NCBI GenBank assembly: GCA_041750855.1
Contig: JBGSYT010000172.1
Coordinates: 6,802 to 70,801 of the forward strand
Source: Pyrinomonadaceae bacterium
GTDB lineage: Bacteria > Acidobacteriota > Blastocatellia > Pyrinomonadales > Pyrinomonadaceae
Reading direction: 5' to 3'
Length of the DNA: 64,000 nucleotides
The notes beneath the pieces are model-generated. The model was not told the origin of the DNA. It was given only the letters and a program-made list of their open reading frames with translations, and made no database searches. Positions 28,406-36,698 of this stretch are shown here, in pieces. The first letter of the stretch is position 1, and the number at the start of each line of letters is the position of its first letter. A program made the translations under genes and the position numbers.

Positions 28406-29566
28406 ATGCAAGTGACGATAGTCGCCGGAGCGCGGCCAAATTTTATGAAGGTCTCGCCGATGATCGCGGCTATCGAGTCGGCACGTGCGAGCGGAGTCAA
28501 CATCGGCTATCGTCTGGTCCACACCGGCCAGCACTTCGACAAGAAAATGAGCGGCGACTTCTTCGTCGAGCTAGGAATTCCGGAGCCGGATGTAAACCTT
28601 GGCTGCGGCGGGGGCTCGCAGGCGGAACAAACGGCCGCAGTAATGGTCGCGTTTGAGCAAGAGCTTGAAACGAATCGCCCCGATGTTGTGGTCGTTGTCG
28701 GTGACGTCAATTCAACGATGGCCTGCACGATCGCGGCAAAGAAGCTCTTCGTGCCCGTTGCACACGTCGAGGCTGGAATTCGTTCGGGCGATATGACGAT
28801 GCCCGAAGAGATCAACCGCATCGTAACCGATTCCATCTGCGATCATTTCTTTACAACGACAGCACATGCCGGTGAATTGTTGAAACGCACCGGGGTTGAT
28901 CCGTCAATGATCCATTTTGTCGGGAATACGATGATCGACAGCCTCTATCGAAACCTGGATCGCTTGAAGAAGCCGGAACTTTGGGACAATGAGCTGCTAG
29001 AGGAAGGAAGATATTTTTTGCTGACCCTTCACCGGCCGGCGAATGTTGACGACCCGGGCCGCCTCGAAGAATTTCTCAATGCCATCCTTTCGAATACCGG
29101 CGACCGGAAAGTCATTTTCCCTGTACATCCACGAACACGAAAAACGCTCGCGGCCCTTGGGCTAAGCGACAGCAGGCTTGTCGAGACCGATCCGCTCGGT
29201 TACCTGGAGTTTATTTTTCTGCTTCGATCGGCAAAGGCAGTCATCACCGATTCCGGCGGCATCACGGAAGAGGCGACAGTTCTGAACGTTCCATGCCTTA
29301 CGCTGAGAGATTCGACAGAACGCCCGGAGACCATCGAGATCGGGACGAACGAGCTTGTCGGGACCAACCCGAAGGACCTTGCTCCCTATTTACAGAAGGT
29401 GGCACGGTGCGAGTGGAAGCAGGGTAAGATCCCTGAATTATGGGACGGCCGGACATCGGAACGCATCGTGGATACACTCCTTAAGCTTTACGCGATAGAT
29501 AGCGGTACACCCGTTGGGCAGCCTGCTGTCTCGCCGGAACCTGCTAAGGTCTTCGCTGGCCCGTAG
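28406..29566 (+). CDS. wecB: UDP-N-acetylglucosamine 2-epimerase (non-hydrolysing)
   Basis: The N-terminus MQVTIVAGARPNFMK, the motifs HTGQHFD and HVEAGIRS, and the overall length match WecB/MnaA. Confidence 0.9.
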   Translation: MQVTIVAGARPNFMKVSPMIAAIESARASGVNIGYRLVHTGQHFDKKMSGDFFVELGIPEPDVNLGCGGGSQAEQTAAVMVAFEQELETNRPDVVVVVGDVNSTMACTIAAKKLFVPVAHVEAGIRSGDMTMPEEINRIVTDSICDHFFTTTAHAGELLKRTGVDPSMIHFVGNTMIDSLYRNLDRLKKPELWDNELLEEGRYFLLTLHRPANVDDPGRLEEFLNAILSNTGDRKVIFPVHPRTRKTLAALGLSDSRLVETDPLGYLEFIFLLRSAKAVITDSGGITEEATVLNVPCLTLRDSTERPETIEIGTNELVGTNPKDLAPYLQKVARCEWKQGKIPELWDGRTSERIVDTLLKLYAIDSGTPVGQPAVSPEPAKVFAGP

Positions 29567-29594
29567 AAATTGCCGTCCATGCTTTAATAGAACC

Positions 29595-31175
29595 ATGAAA
29601 AGAAGCGACGTTCGTACCGGTTTATGCCGCTTTTTCGCTTTATCGCTTGCACTGGTTGCGTCGATGGCGTCAACTTCCTGTTCGGGATATGCATCGCAGG
29701 CCGGCTTTGAACTTGAAGACAAGTCGATCATCGTGCGAAAGGGAGGCGATCTACAGGCAGCTCTCGATAAGGCGACTCCGGGCGATACTATTTTTCTCGA
29801 GGCCGGTGCGACATTTAGGGGAGCTTTCAAGCTCCCGAAAAAGCCCGGTGCCGAATTCATAACCATCCGCTCATCGGCCGACGATCGTGAACTTCCGCCG
29901 CCGGGGACAAGACTCGATCCCGCAAAGTACAAAGATAAGCTCGCGACGATAATTTCCGACGTTCCCGGCGAACCCGCGATACTTGGTGTCGACGGAGCTC
30001 ATCATTTCCGATTTATCGCTATCGATTTCGGACCGACGATCGGTGGAATGTACAACATTATTCAGCTAGGTACCGGAAGTGAAAAGAGCGTCGATGATCT
30101 TCCGCATCATATCGAATTCGACCGGGTTTGGATCCACGGCAGCCCAACCGAGGGCCAGCGTCGCGGTATCGCTGCAAACGGGCGGCACATCAATGTCGTC
30201 AACAGTCATATTTCGGAGATCAAGCGAAAGGGCGACGAGAGCCAGGGCATAGCCGTTTGGGCAAGCGACGGGCCGGTCATTATCGTCAATAACTTCATCG
30301 AGGCCGCGGCGGAGAACATACTTTTTGGCGGTGCCGGTTCGTATCTGAAGCTGGTCCCGACCGACTGCATAGTTGATTCGAACCACTTGAGCAAACCTTT
30401 GGAATGGCTGGGCACGGACTGGGTCGTCAAGAACCTGTTCGAGATAAAGAACGGCCGCCGAATAACCGTGACGAATAACTTGATGACGAACAACTGGGCG
30501 ATGGGACAAGACGGAAACGCCCTGCTTTTCACGACCCGTGCTGACAATGGCAACGCGACGATCATCGAAGATATCGAATTTTCCGGCAATATCGTCCGCG
30601 GTTCCAGTGGTGGCCTGAATATTCTTGGCGGCGAAGGGGCCGGCGGCCATCGGCTGACGATCAGGAACAACATCTTCGACGATATCGGGCATGAAAAGTG
30701 GGGAGGCGGCGGCAATCTGATGAAGGTGACGGACTGGAACGGACTGGTCATCGAGAATAATACCGTCATGAACGCGGGCAGCATTGCCGTTGCCTATGGC
30801 CGGCCGGTCCGTGGTTTTGTTTTTCGATCGAACATCATTTTCGAAGGCGAGTACGGATTTTTCGGCGACGATCTTGGGCCGGGCCAAAAAGCGATCGACC
30901 GCTATTTTCCCGGCGGGACCGTGACGGGAAATATCATCATCGGCGGCAGCAAAGAAAGCTACCGTGAGCCGAACATCTTTCTTTCCGCCATCGGACAGGT
31001 GGGATTTGAGAACCCCAGTAAAGGAGATTACCGTCTCAGATCAACCAGCGCCTACATCAAAGCCGCTCCGGGCGGTAAGCCGATCGGCGCGTACTTGAAT
31101 CCCAACCTGGTTGGAACGAAAGCGCCTAAGATCTACGGCTCTGCAATCGATGTTAAAGAGAGTATCATCCCTTGA
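29595..31175 (+). CDS. Secreted/lipoprotein right-handed parallel beta-helix protein (pectate-lyase fold)
   Basis: It has a signal peptide with Cys (LVASMASTSC). It also has repeated PbH1-like turns (VNNFIEAAAEN, VTNNLMTNNW, FSGNIVRGSSGG, IRNNIFDDIG, IENNTVMNAG, FRSNIIFEG, VTGNIIIGGS). Confidence 0.6.
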   Translation: MKRSDVRTGLCRFFALSLALVASMASTSCSGYASQAGFELEDKSIIVRKGGDLQAALDKATPGDTIFLEAGATFRGAFKLPKKPGAEFITIRSSADDRELPPPGTRLDPAKYKDKLATIISDVPGEPAILGVDGAHHFRFIAIDFGPTIGGMYNIIQLGTGSEKSVDDLPHHIEFDRVWIHGSPTEGQRRGIAANGRHINVVNSHISEIKRKGDESQGIAVWASDGPVIIVNNFIEAAAENILFGGAGSYLKLVPTDCIVDSNHLSKPLEWLGTDWVVKNLFEIKNGRRITVTNNLMTNNWAMGQDGNALLFTTRADNGNATIIEDIEFSGNIVRGSSGGLNILGGEGAGGHRLTIRNNIFDDIGHEKWGGGGNLMKVTDWNGLVIENNTVMNAGSIAVAYGRPVRGFVFRSNIIFEGEYGFFGDDLGPGQKAIDRYFPGGTVTGNIIIGGSKESYREPNIFLSAIGQVGFENPSKGDYRLRSTSAYIKAAPGGKPIGAYLNPNLVGTKAPKIYGSAIDVKESIIP

Positions 31176-31798
31176 TCAGCCTACCCGATTGGTCTCTCTC
31201 TTAAATGAGTTGGTAGACATAGATTTCGTCGCAAATTAAGTTTCATCGTTCTTAACCGCAGTTCGATCGGTGAACCAGTCCGGCACGTTTGAGCTGGGAA
31301 ATTCAGCAGGGCTGTTTCACCGACATCTACTCCCTCAGCTATTCCGGCGCCTACATCGCCGCCTCCGGACGACTGCACACCGACGCTGAGGCCCGTTCCA
31401 ACCTACGTTAAGGGCGGCCGAATTCTGCGGCGTTCTGCCAGCGTTCGGGCCGCGTTCCGAGCACCGACGGAATGTGTAAGCATCTGTATACATTACACTT
31501 ACACGTTCACAAGTCCGAAATTCCGCCACTTTTGCAAAAAACTTTAATTCCTACATGTTTGTAAGTTATGGAGAACAAATTGTCAAAGATCGTCACCAAA
31601 AGAAAGGCTTTCGCCTCACGCCCCGATATTATCAGATGTTGCGTAAGTGGTCAAAAATATTATGTATGCAACACGCGATAGTTGTTCTTTTGCGGGGCGC
31701 GGCAAAAAGCGGGACCGGACATGACGTTTTTGTAGTACACTTCCTTTCTCGGATACGAAGTTCTGACGAAAGGCCTGACGAAGCACACTGAGAAACTA

Positions 31799-34700
31799 AT
31801 GTTAGGGCCATCGTATTCACTTTCGATGCTGCGTTTCCTTGAACTTCCGGCGCGACATCGCACTTGGTTCACACGCCCGTTGGTGGTGCTGTTACTTGTG
31901 TGGCCGCTTTCGTTCAACGTCGATTCAGTAGGTCAGATCAACCCCACACGAGAAAGCAAGCCGCCCATTTCGCTGCCAGATGTGAGGGCGAAAGATCCTC
32001 ATTCCGCATCTCAAGCGGGGGCAGGGGAACGACAGACGAGAATTGACGCCCTGGCGGGCCGGATCGCCGCAGCGGAAACCGAGGCCGAAGCAGACGCTTT
32101 GCTCCGAGCGGAATCTGATCTAGTGAGTGTCGAGTTAGCGCAGGCGCTGTTCTTCGAAACGCTTCGATTGAGGAATACGCCGGTCCCGCGGGAAAGGATC
32201 TTGACGGTGAGTCTCCGTCTGCTTCGGTATGTCGAGCGTTCCGAAATAGGGCCGGCGCGCGGCATTGCCCAACGCGGGGCAGGCGTTGCCTACTCCAATT
32301 TGGAAAACTGGGTTTTGGCCGAGCAGCATCTTTCGGTCGCAATATCGTTGTTCACCAGACAGGGGCTCGGCGGTCGGCAGGATGTCATCCGGTCATCCCT
32401 CGACCTGGCATCCGTATACCACCGTAAAGGCGATACCCGCCGAGCACTCGAACAATATCAGAAGGTGCGCATGCTCGCTCGCGATCAAGGCGATCGCGAA
32501 AGCGTAGTACAAGCCGGCAATGGCATGGCGGCTGTTTACCTTCAGATCGGGGATTTTGCGAATGCGTATTCAAATCTTGAGCAAAGTCTTTCTGTCGCGG
32601 AGACCCTGGTGGACAAGGGCCCCGAGTTGTCAACACTTGTACAGCTTGCATCGACCTTCCTTAATCAAGGCCGACTTGGAAAGGCTGTCGAAGCTCAGGA
32701 AAAGGCTTACCGAACAGCGGTGGAGTCCGGCTCCGCCGCACGCCTGAATTACTTGTTCCAGACGGCGGTCTTGCACATCAAACTGGGAGATCTTCCGACG
32801 GCATATTTGCGATTTCGACGGGTGATAGCGGAATCGGAGAAAGGCGGTGACCAGAGCCTTTATTTTTACTCGCTGCTTAATGTCGCCCAGATCAACGAAC
32901 GGTACGGACGCTACAAAAAGGCGGCCGAACTCTACCAACGCGTCATCGAGATCGCGGACGAGGGACTCAAGGATCCTTCATCGATCGCGGGTCGGATCTA
33001 TGTAACCGGCAAAGTCGAGGCCATCGCCAGGCTTGCGGAAATGCGCATAAGTCGCGGTGAAGAAAGGGAAGCGATCGACCTTTACAAGCAGAACCTGGAA
33101 GTTTTGGGTTCGGCCCAGACGGCATCCGAGCCGGACCCGAGATATCAATCGAAGGAGGCCTATGCTGCACTCGATGTATCGGTTCGTACGAGTTTGGCCG
33201 ACCTTTACTCTTCGCGTGGAGATCGATCTGAAGCAGAATCCCATTACTCGTCTGCGCTTGTTATCGCCGAGAAGATCCGCTCGCATTCGGGCTCAATAGA
33301 TACGCTGCTTAGTATGGCCCGGCATGCGGCCATCAATGGAGAGCCTGCGATCGCGGGTGCGTACCTTGTCCGCGCGGAAACGTATGTTCAGCGGCACGGC
33401 CGGCTTGATCAGCTCGTCAAGCTGAGGACGACCGAAGCCGAGGTGCTCGTCAAACTTGGACGGCCCGCGGCGGCCGATCTCAAGTTTCAGGAAGCACTAA
33501 GGATGTCCGAATCGCTTCGGACCGATGTCACAATGCCGGATCAGCGAGCGTCGTATTTTGCGGGCCTCTTCAGACCTTTCGACCAATACATTGATTTCCT
33601 GATGGAACGTCACGCGAAGCAGCCTGATGCCGGTTTCGACAGGCGTGCCTTCGACGTAAGCGAAAGGCGTCGGGCCCGCGCACTGCTCGATTCTCTTCGG
33701 GTTGCCCGTGCGGATATTCGGCAAGGTGTAGACCGTTCCTTGCTGGAGGAAGAGGAACGGATACGCGGTCAGATGAATTCGGCGGCACGCGATCATTTCG
33801 GTGGGGTTGAGCCCCTGCTCTTTAGCGTGGAAACAGACGGCGAACATCTGAGGGCCCCTGCCGGATCTCCGAAAACCGACATATCGTATTTGGCTGCAGA
33901 ACTAACACGGATTGAAACGGCAATCCGGAAACGAAGTCCCCGCTATGCAGAGCTGATGCAGCCGCGACCCCTGCGATCATATTCTATACAGGCACTCCTG
34001 GATGAAGACACGATCCTTTTGAACTACACCCTTGGAGAAAAACAGAGCTACCTGTGGGCGATCGACAGCAGATCCGTCAGCAGTTTCGTTCTCCCGCCTC
34101 GCGAAACGATCGAGAATCTGATCAAGGTGGGGTACGCGGGTATGAGCGACGACTCGATGGCGGAGGAACGGAACACCCAAGCTGTTCCTGAAGCCGAAAC
34201 GTTATCCCGCGTTCTTCTCGGGCCCGTGGCCGGTCTGATGGGGGGCCGCAGAATCGTCGTGGTCGCTGATGGAGCCTTGCAATATCTTCCTTTCTCGAGC
34301 CTACCCGATCCTCGGCAGCCGGACGCGTTTGGCCGTTCGATGCTGTTAGCAAACGAAATTCAGTTCGCACCATCTGCATCGGTCGTTTCTGTCCTTCGGG
34401 AGGATTTTCGGGGTCGAGAAAAGGCATCACGGTCCGTAGCAATTTTTGCCGATCCCGTTTTTTCAGAAAACGATGAAAGGTTAGGCGGCCGCACGGATGA
34501 GCGGGAGCTGAACGAGCGGTCCGCTGAGGAGTCGATCACTCGCGATCTTTTCCTCCCACGAATTGGCAAAGACGAAGATTGGAATGGAAAACCCAATATT
34601 GCGCGTTTGCCGTTCTCGCGCCGCGAAGCGGATGCGATCTTCGATAGCTCGCCCGCTGGAAGTTCGATCAAAGCAGTTGATTTCGAGGCCAGCCGGGAGC

Positions 34701-35176
34701 GGATGGCGAGCATCGATCTGTCCGCGTACCGGATCGTCCATTTCGCGACTCACGGCATCCTGAACAGCGAGCAGCCTGAACTTTCCGGAATAGTACTTTC
34801 ACTGGTGAACGAAAAGGGCGAGCCGGTGAACGGGTTCCTGCGGCTGAATGAGATCTACAACATGAAGCTTAATGCGGATCTCGTGGTACTCAGTGCTTGT
34901 CAGACGGCCCTTGGGAAAGAGGTTAGGGGTGAAGGGCTGATCGGCCTGACGCGCGGGTTCATGTACGCCGGCACCCCGAGAGTTGTCGCGAGCCTATGGA
35001 AGGTGGACGACGTGGCGACGGCGGAGTTGATGAAGATCTTTTATCAGAAAATGCTGAAGGAAAAGATGCGCCCGGCGGCGGCCTTGCGTGAGGCGAAGAT
35101 CACGATGATGAAGCAAAAGAGGTGGGCCGCGCCCTACTACTGGGCCGCCTTCGAGCTCCAGGGCGACTGGCGTTGA
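31799..35176 (+). CDS. TPR-repeat CHAT-domain protein 1 (caspase-like clan CD peptidase fold), probably exported
   Basis: It has a hydrophobic N-terminal segment (RPLVVLLLVWPLSF) and a long TPR array. The C-terminal CHAT core carries His (IVHFATHG) and Cys (LVVLSACQT). Confidence 0.85.
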   Translation: MLGPSYSLSMLRFLELPARHRTWFTRPLVVLLLVWPLSFNVDSVGQINPTRESKPPISLPDVRAKDPHSASQAGAGERQTRIDALAGRIAAAETEAEADALLRAESDLVSVELAQALFFETLRLRNTPVPRERILTVSLRLLRYVERSEIGPARGIAQRGAGVAYSNLENWVLAEQHLSVAISLFTRQGLGGRQDVIRSSLDLASVYHRKGDTRRALEQYQKVRMLARDQGDRESVVQAGNGMAAVYLQIGDFANAYSNLEQSLSVAETLVDKGPELSTLVQLASTFLNQGRLGKAVEAQEKAYRTAVESGSAARLNYLFQTAVLHIKLGDLPTAYLRFRRVIAESEKGGDQSLYFYSLLNVAQINERYGRYKKAAELYQRVIEIADEGLKDPSSIAGRIYVTGKVEAIARLAEMRISRGEEREAIDLYKQNLEVLGSAQTASEPDPRYQSKEAYAALDVSVRTSLADLYSSRGDRSEAESHYSSALVIAEKIRSHSGSIDTLLSMARHAAINGEPAIAGAYLVRAETYVQRHGRLDQLVKLRTTEAEVLVKLGRPAAADLKFQEALRMSESLRTDVTMPDQRASYFAGLFRPFDQYIDFLMERHAKQPDAGFDRRAFDVSERRRARALLDSLRVARADIRQGVDRSLLEEEERIRGQMNSAARDHFGGVEPLLFSVETDGEHLRAPAGSPKTDISYLAAELTRIETAIRKRSPRYAELMQPRPLRSYSIQALLDEDTILLNYTLGEKQSYLWAIDSRSVSSFVLPPRETIENLIKVGYAGMSDDSMAEERNTQAVPEAETLSRVLLGPVAGLMGGRRIVVVADGALQYLPFSSLPDPRQPDAFGRSMLLANEIQFAPSASVVSVLREDFRGREKASRSVAIFADPVFSENDERLGGRTDERELNERSAEESITRDLFLPRIGKDEDWNGKPNIARLPFSRREADAIFDSSPAGSSIKAVDFEASRERMASIDLSAYRIVHFATHGILNSEQPELSGIVLSLVNEKGEPVNGFLRLNEIYNMKLNADLVVLSACQTALGKEVRGEGLIGLTRGFMYAGTPRVVASLWKVDDVATAELMKIFYQKMLKEKMRPAAALREAKITMMKQKRWAAPYYWAAFELQGDWR
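34733..35176. repeat. Left arm of a 444-bp inverted repeat (3' end of CHAT gene 1)
   Basis: A hand alignment to the reverse complement of 40750..41193 gives about 55 mismatches in 444 nt. It includes a perfect 57-nt tract (35045..35101 versus 40825..40881). Confidence 0.85.
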
Positions 35177-35257
35177 GCGGACTTGGCCTTTTCGCTTTCG
35201 CCCCCAACGACAGCCCTCAATTGCGGGATGGTCAATGGGTAGTGCTTCGCGATGAGC

Positions 35258-35737
35258 TCACCGGGCGATTCCCGTGACCTGGTCGACTATCAACTGCCAG
35301 CGGCCGTCGCGCTTTTCCCATACGTGGACACTGCGGAAAGAATTTCCGAAACGCTTGGTGCCGTCGGCGAGTGTTGTAACTGCTCTCCCCGTCGCCGTTA
35401 CAATCGCGACATTCTTGAAAAGCCTGATACTCTGGTTAGAAATGACGAACTTCAGCGTGGAACCCACGGATACTTTTCGTTCCCGACTTGCCCGCTGCGC
35501 TTCGACATCCTGATCCCTTGTATACACTCGCCCGCTTGGGCCGACGTGGTAACTGTCGTCAGCAAGCAAATACCCGATCCTTTCCGCGTCGGAGTCCTCA
35601 TTGATCCTGTTCCACTCGACCTCAAGCTGCTCGATCTCTCGAAGGTCGGACAAATGGGAGGCAGCCTCGTTCCGTTGGCCAAAAGTAGCCATGGTCACCA
35701 GCAAGAGAGAGAAAATTATCAAGAAAGGTTTAAACAT
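35258..35737 (-). CDS. Secreted NTF2-like (SnoaL/DUF4440-type) protein
   Basis: It has a signal peptide (MFKPFLIIFSLLLVTMATFGQ). The C-terminal WEKRDGRWQLI pattern is typical of DUF4440-like NTF2 folds. Confidence 0.6.
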   Translation of the reverse strand: MFKPFLIIFSLLLVTMATFGQRNEAASHLSDLREIEQLEVEWNRINEDSDAERIGYLLADDSYHVGPSGRVYTRDQDVEAQRASRERKVSVGSTLKFVISNQSIRLFKNVAIVTATGRAVTTLADGTKRFGNSFRSVHVWEKRDGRWQLIVDQVTGIAR

Positions 35738-35775
35738 AAAGCCTCCGCTTACAGAAAATGTCAGTAAATAGCAAC

Positions 35776-36150
35776 CTATTTTGCCTTCGAATAAACGTAG
35801 ATCACACCGATCATCAAGGCAAACCCCGCACCGACGCCGAGCACCACCTTGGCTGTGTTCGGCCAGCCTCGTTTTTTCACATTCTCAACGTCGCGGTAAG
35901 AAATTATGCTCGACTGGGTTTGTTTGTCCAGAGTGACATCGAATGAATCATCCAAAATCTGGCTGATGCTGCCTCTAAGTTTCTTCCCGTCTTTGAGGAA
36001 TACTGTAACCTTTGCACCGGCCCCTAGCTTGTTGACCTGGGCCTTGATCCGCTGATCACCCGTGGAAGACTCTGACTGCCCTAATAAAATCTGTGCATTT
36101 GCGAAAAACAAGATCGCTCCGAGAAAAAGAATAGTCGCTTTGCTAAACAT
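35776..36150 (-). CDS. Small exported protein, paralog A: signal peptide + ~55-aa beta-rich domain + C-terminal TM anchor
   Basis: The ATG at 36150 is preceded by GGAGGA. The protein is ~80% identical to paralog B across the core (KVTV.LKDG.K.+GSISQIL.DSFDVTL ... SSIISYRDVENVK+RGW). Confidence 0.65.
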   Translation of the reverse strand: MFSKATILFLGAILFFANAQILLGQSESSTGDQRIKAQVNKLGAGAKVTVFLKDGKKLRGSISQILDDSFDVTLDKQTQSSIISYRDVENVKKRGWPNTAKVVLGVGAGFALMIGVIYVYSKAK

Positions 36151-36247
36151 TGTTCCTCCAACCTGACTCACCAGCCTGCCGCGGCCCGTTCGCGAAAAGC
36201 CGCTATCGTCATCAAGACGAATATGATCACCGCGGTCTCATGGTAAA

Positions 36248-36658
36248 TTAACGTGGACTATTTAGAAAAACGGGCCCCAAATCATCCATCTTAGCGAGAG
36301 CTACCACAATGACCACGACGACCACAACAGCTCCGATACCGACGCCAAGGCCGATCTTGGCGGCGTTCGACCAGCCACGCCTTTTTACGTTCTCAACGTC
36401 GCGGTAAGAGATGATGCTCGACTGGATCTGGTTTTCCAAAGTGACATCGAATGAATCCTCGAGTATTTGACTGATGCTGCCCTTCACCTTGGTCCCGTCT
36501 TTAAGAATTACAGTTACCTTCGCACCAGACCCAAGCTTGTTGACCTGGGTCCTGATCCGCTGGTCGGCCGCCATCGCGTCTGATTGGCCCAGAAGCATAC
36601 TGGTGTTTGCGAACAACAAGACAATCGCAAGAAATAGCCTTAACGTATTGTTGGACAT
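36248..36658 (-). CDS. Small exported protein, paralog B (tandem duplicate of A)
   Basis: The ATG at 36658 is preceded by AGGAGG. It has the same architecture as paralog A. Confidence 0.65.
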   Translation of the reverse strand: MSNNTLRLFLAIVLLFANTSMLLGQSDAMAADQRIRTQVNKLGSGAKVTVILKDGTKVKGSISQILEDSFDVTLENQIQSSIISYRDVENVKRRGWSNAAKIGLGVGIGAVVVVVVIVVALAKMDDLGPVFLNSPR

Positions 36659-36698
36659 TGATCCTCCTGATCACTCTGACTGGCCTAAAGCCCTTGTT

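Noticed and set aside
30066-30887. 273-aa and 192-aa minus-strand ORFs opposite the beta-helix lipoprotein gene
   Set aside because: The sense frame shows a regular PbH1-type repeat and a signal peptide. The antisense frames have neither, and they overlap each other.
31555-31791. A 78-aa ORF just upstream of CHAT gene 1
   Set aside because: It has no RBS, unremarkable composition and no motif. This is more likely the CHAT1 promoter and leader region.
35177-35257. An expected bidirectional terminator in the 81-nt convergent gap between CHAT gene 1 and the NTF2-like gene
   Set aside because: I could not find a convincing GC-rich hairpin with flanking T or A runs by eye, so I left it unannotated.
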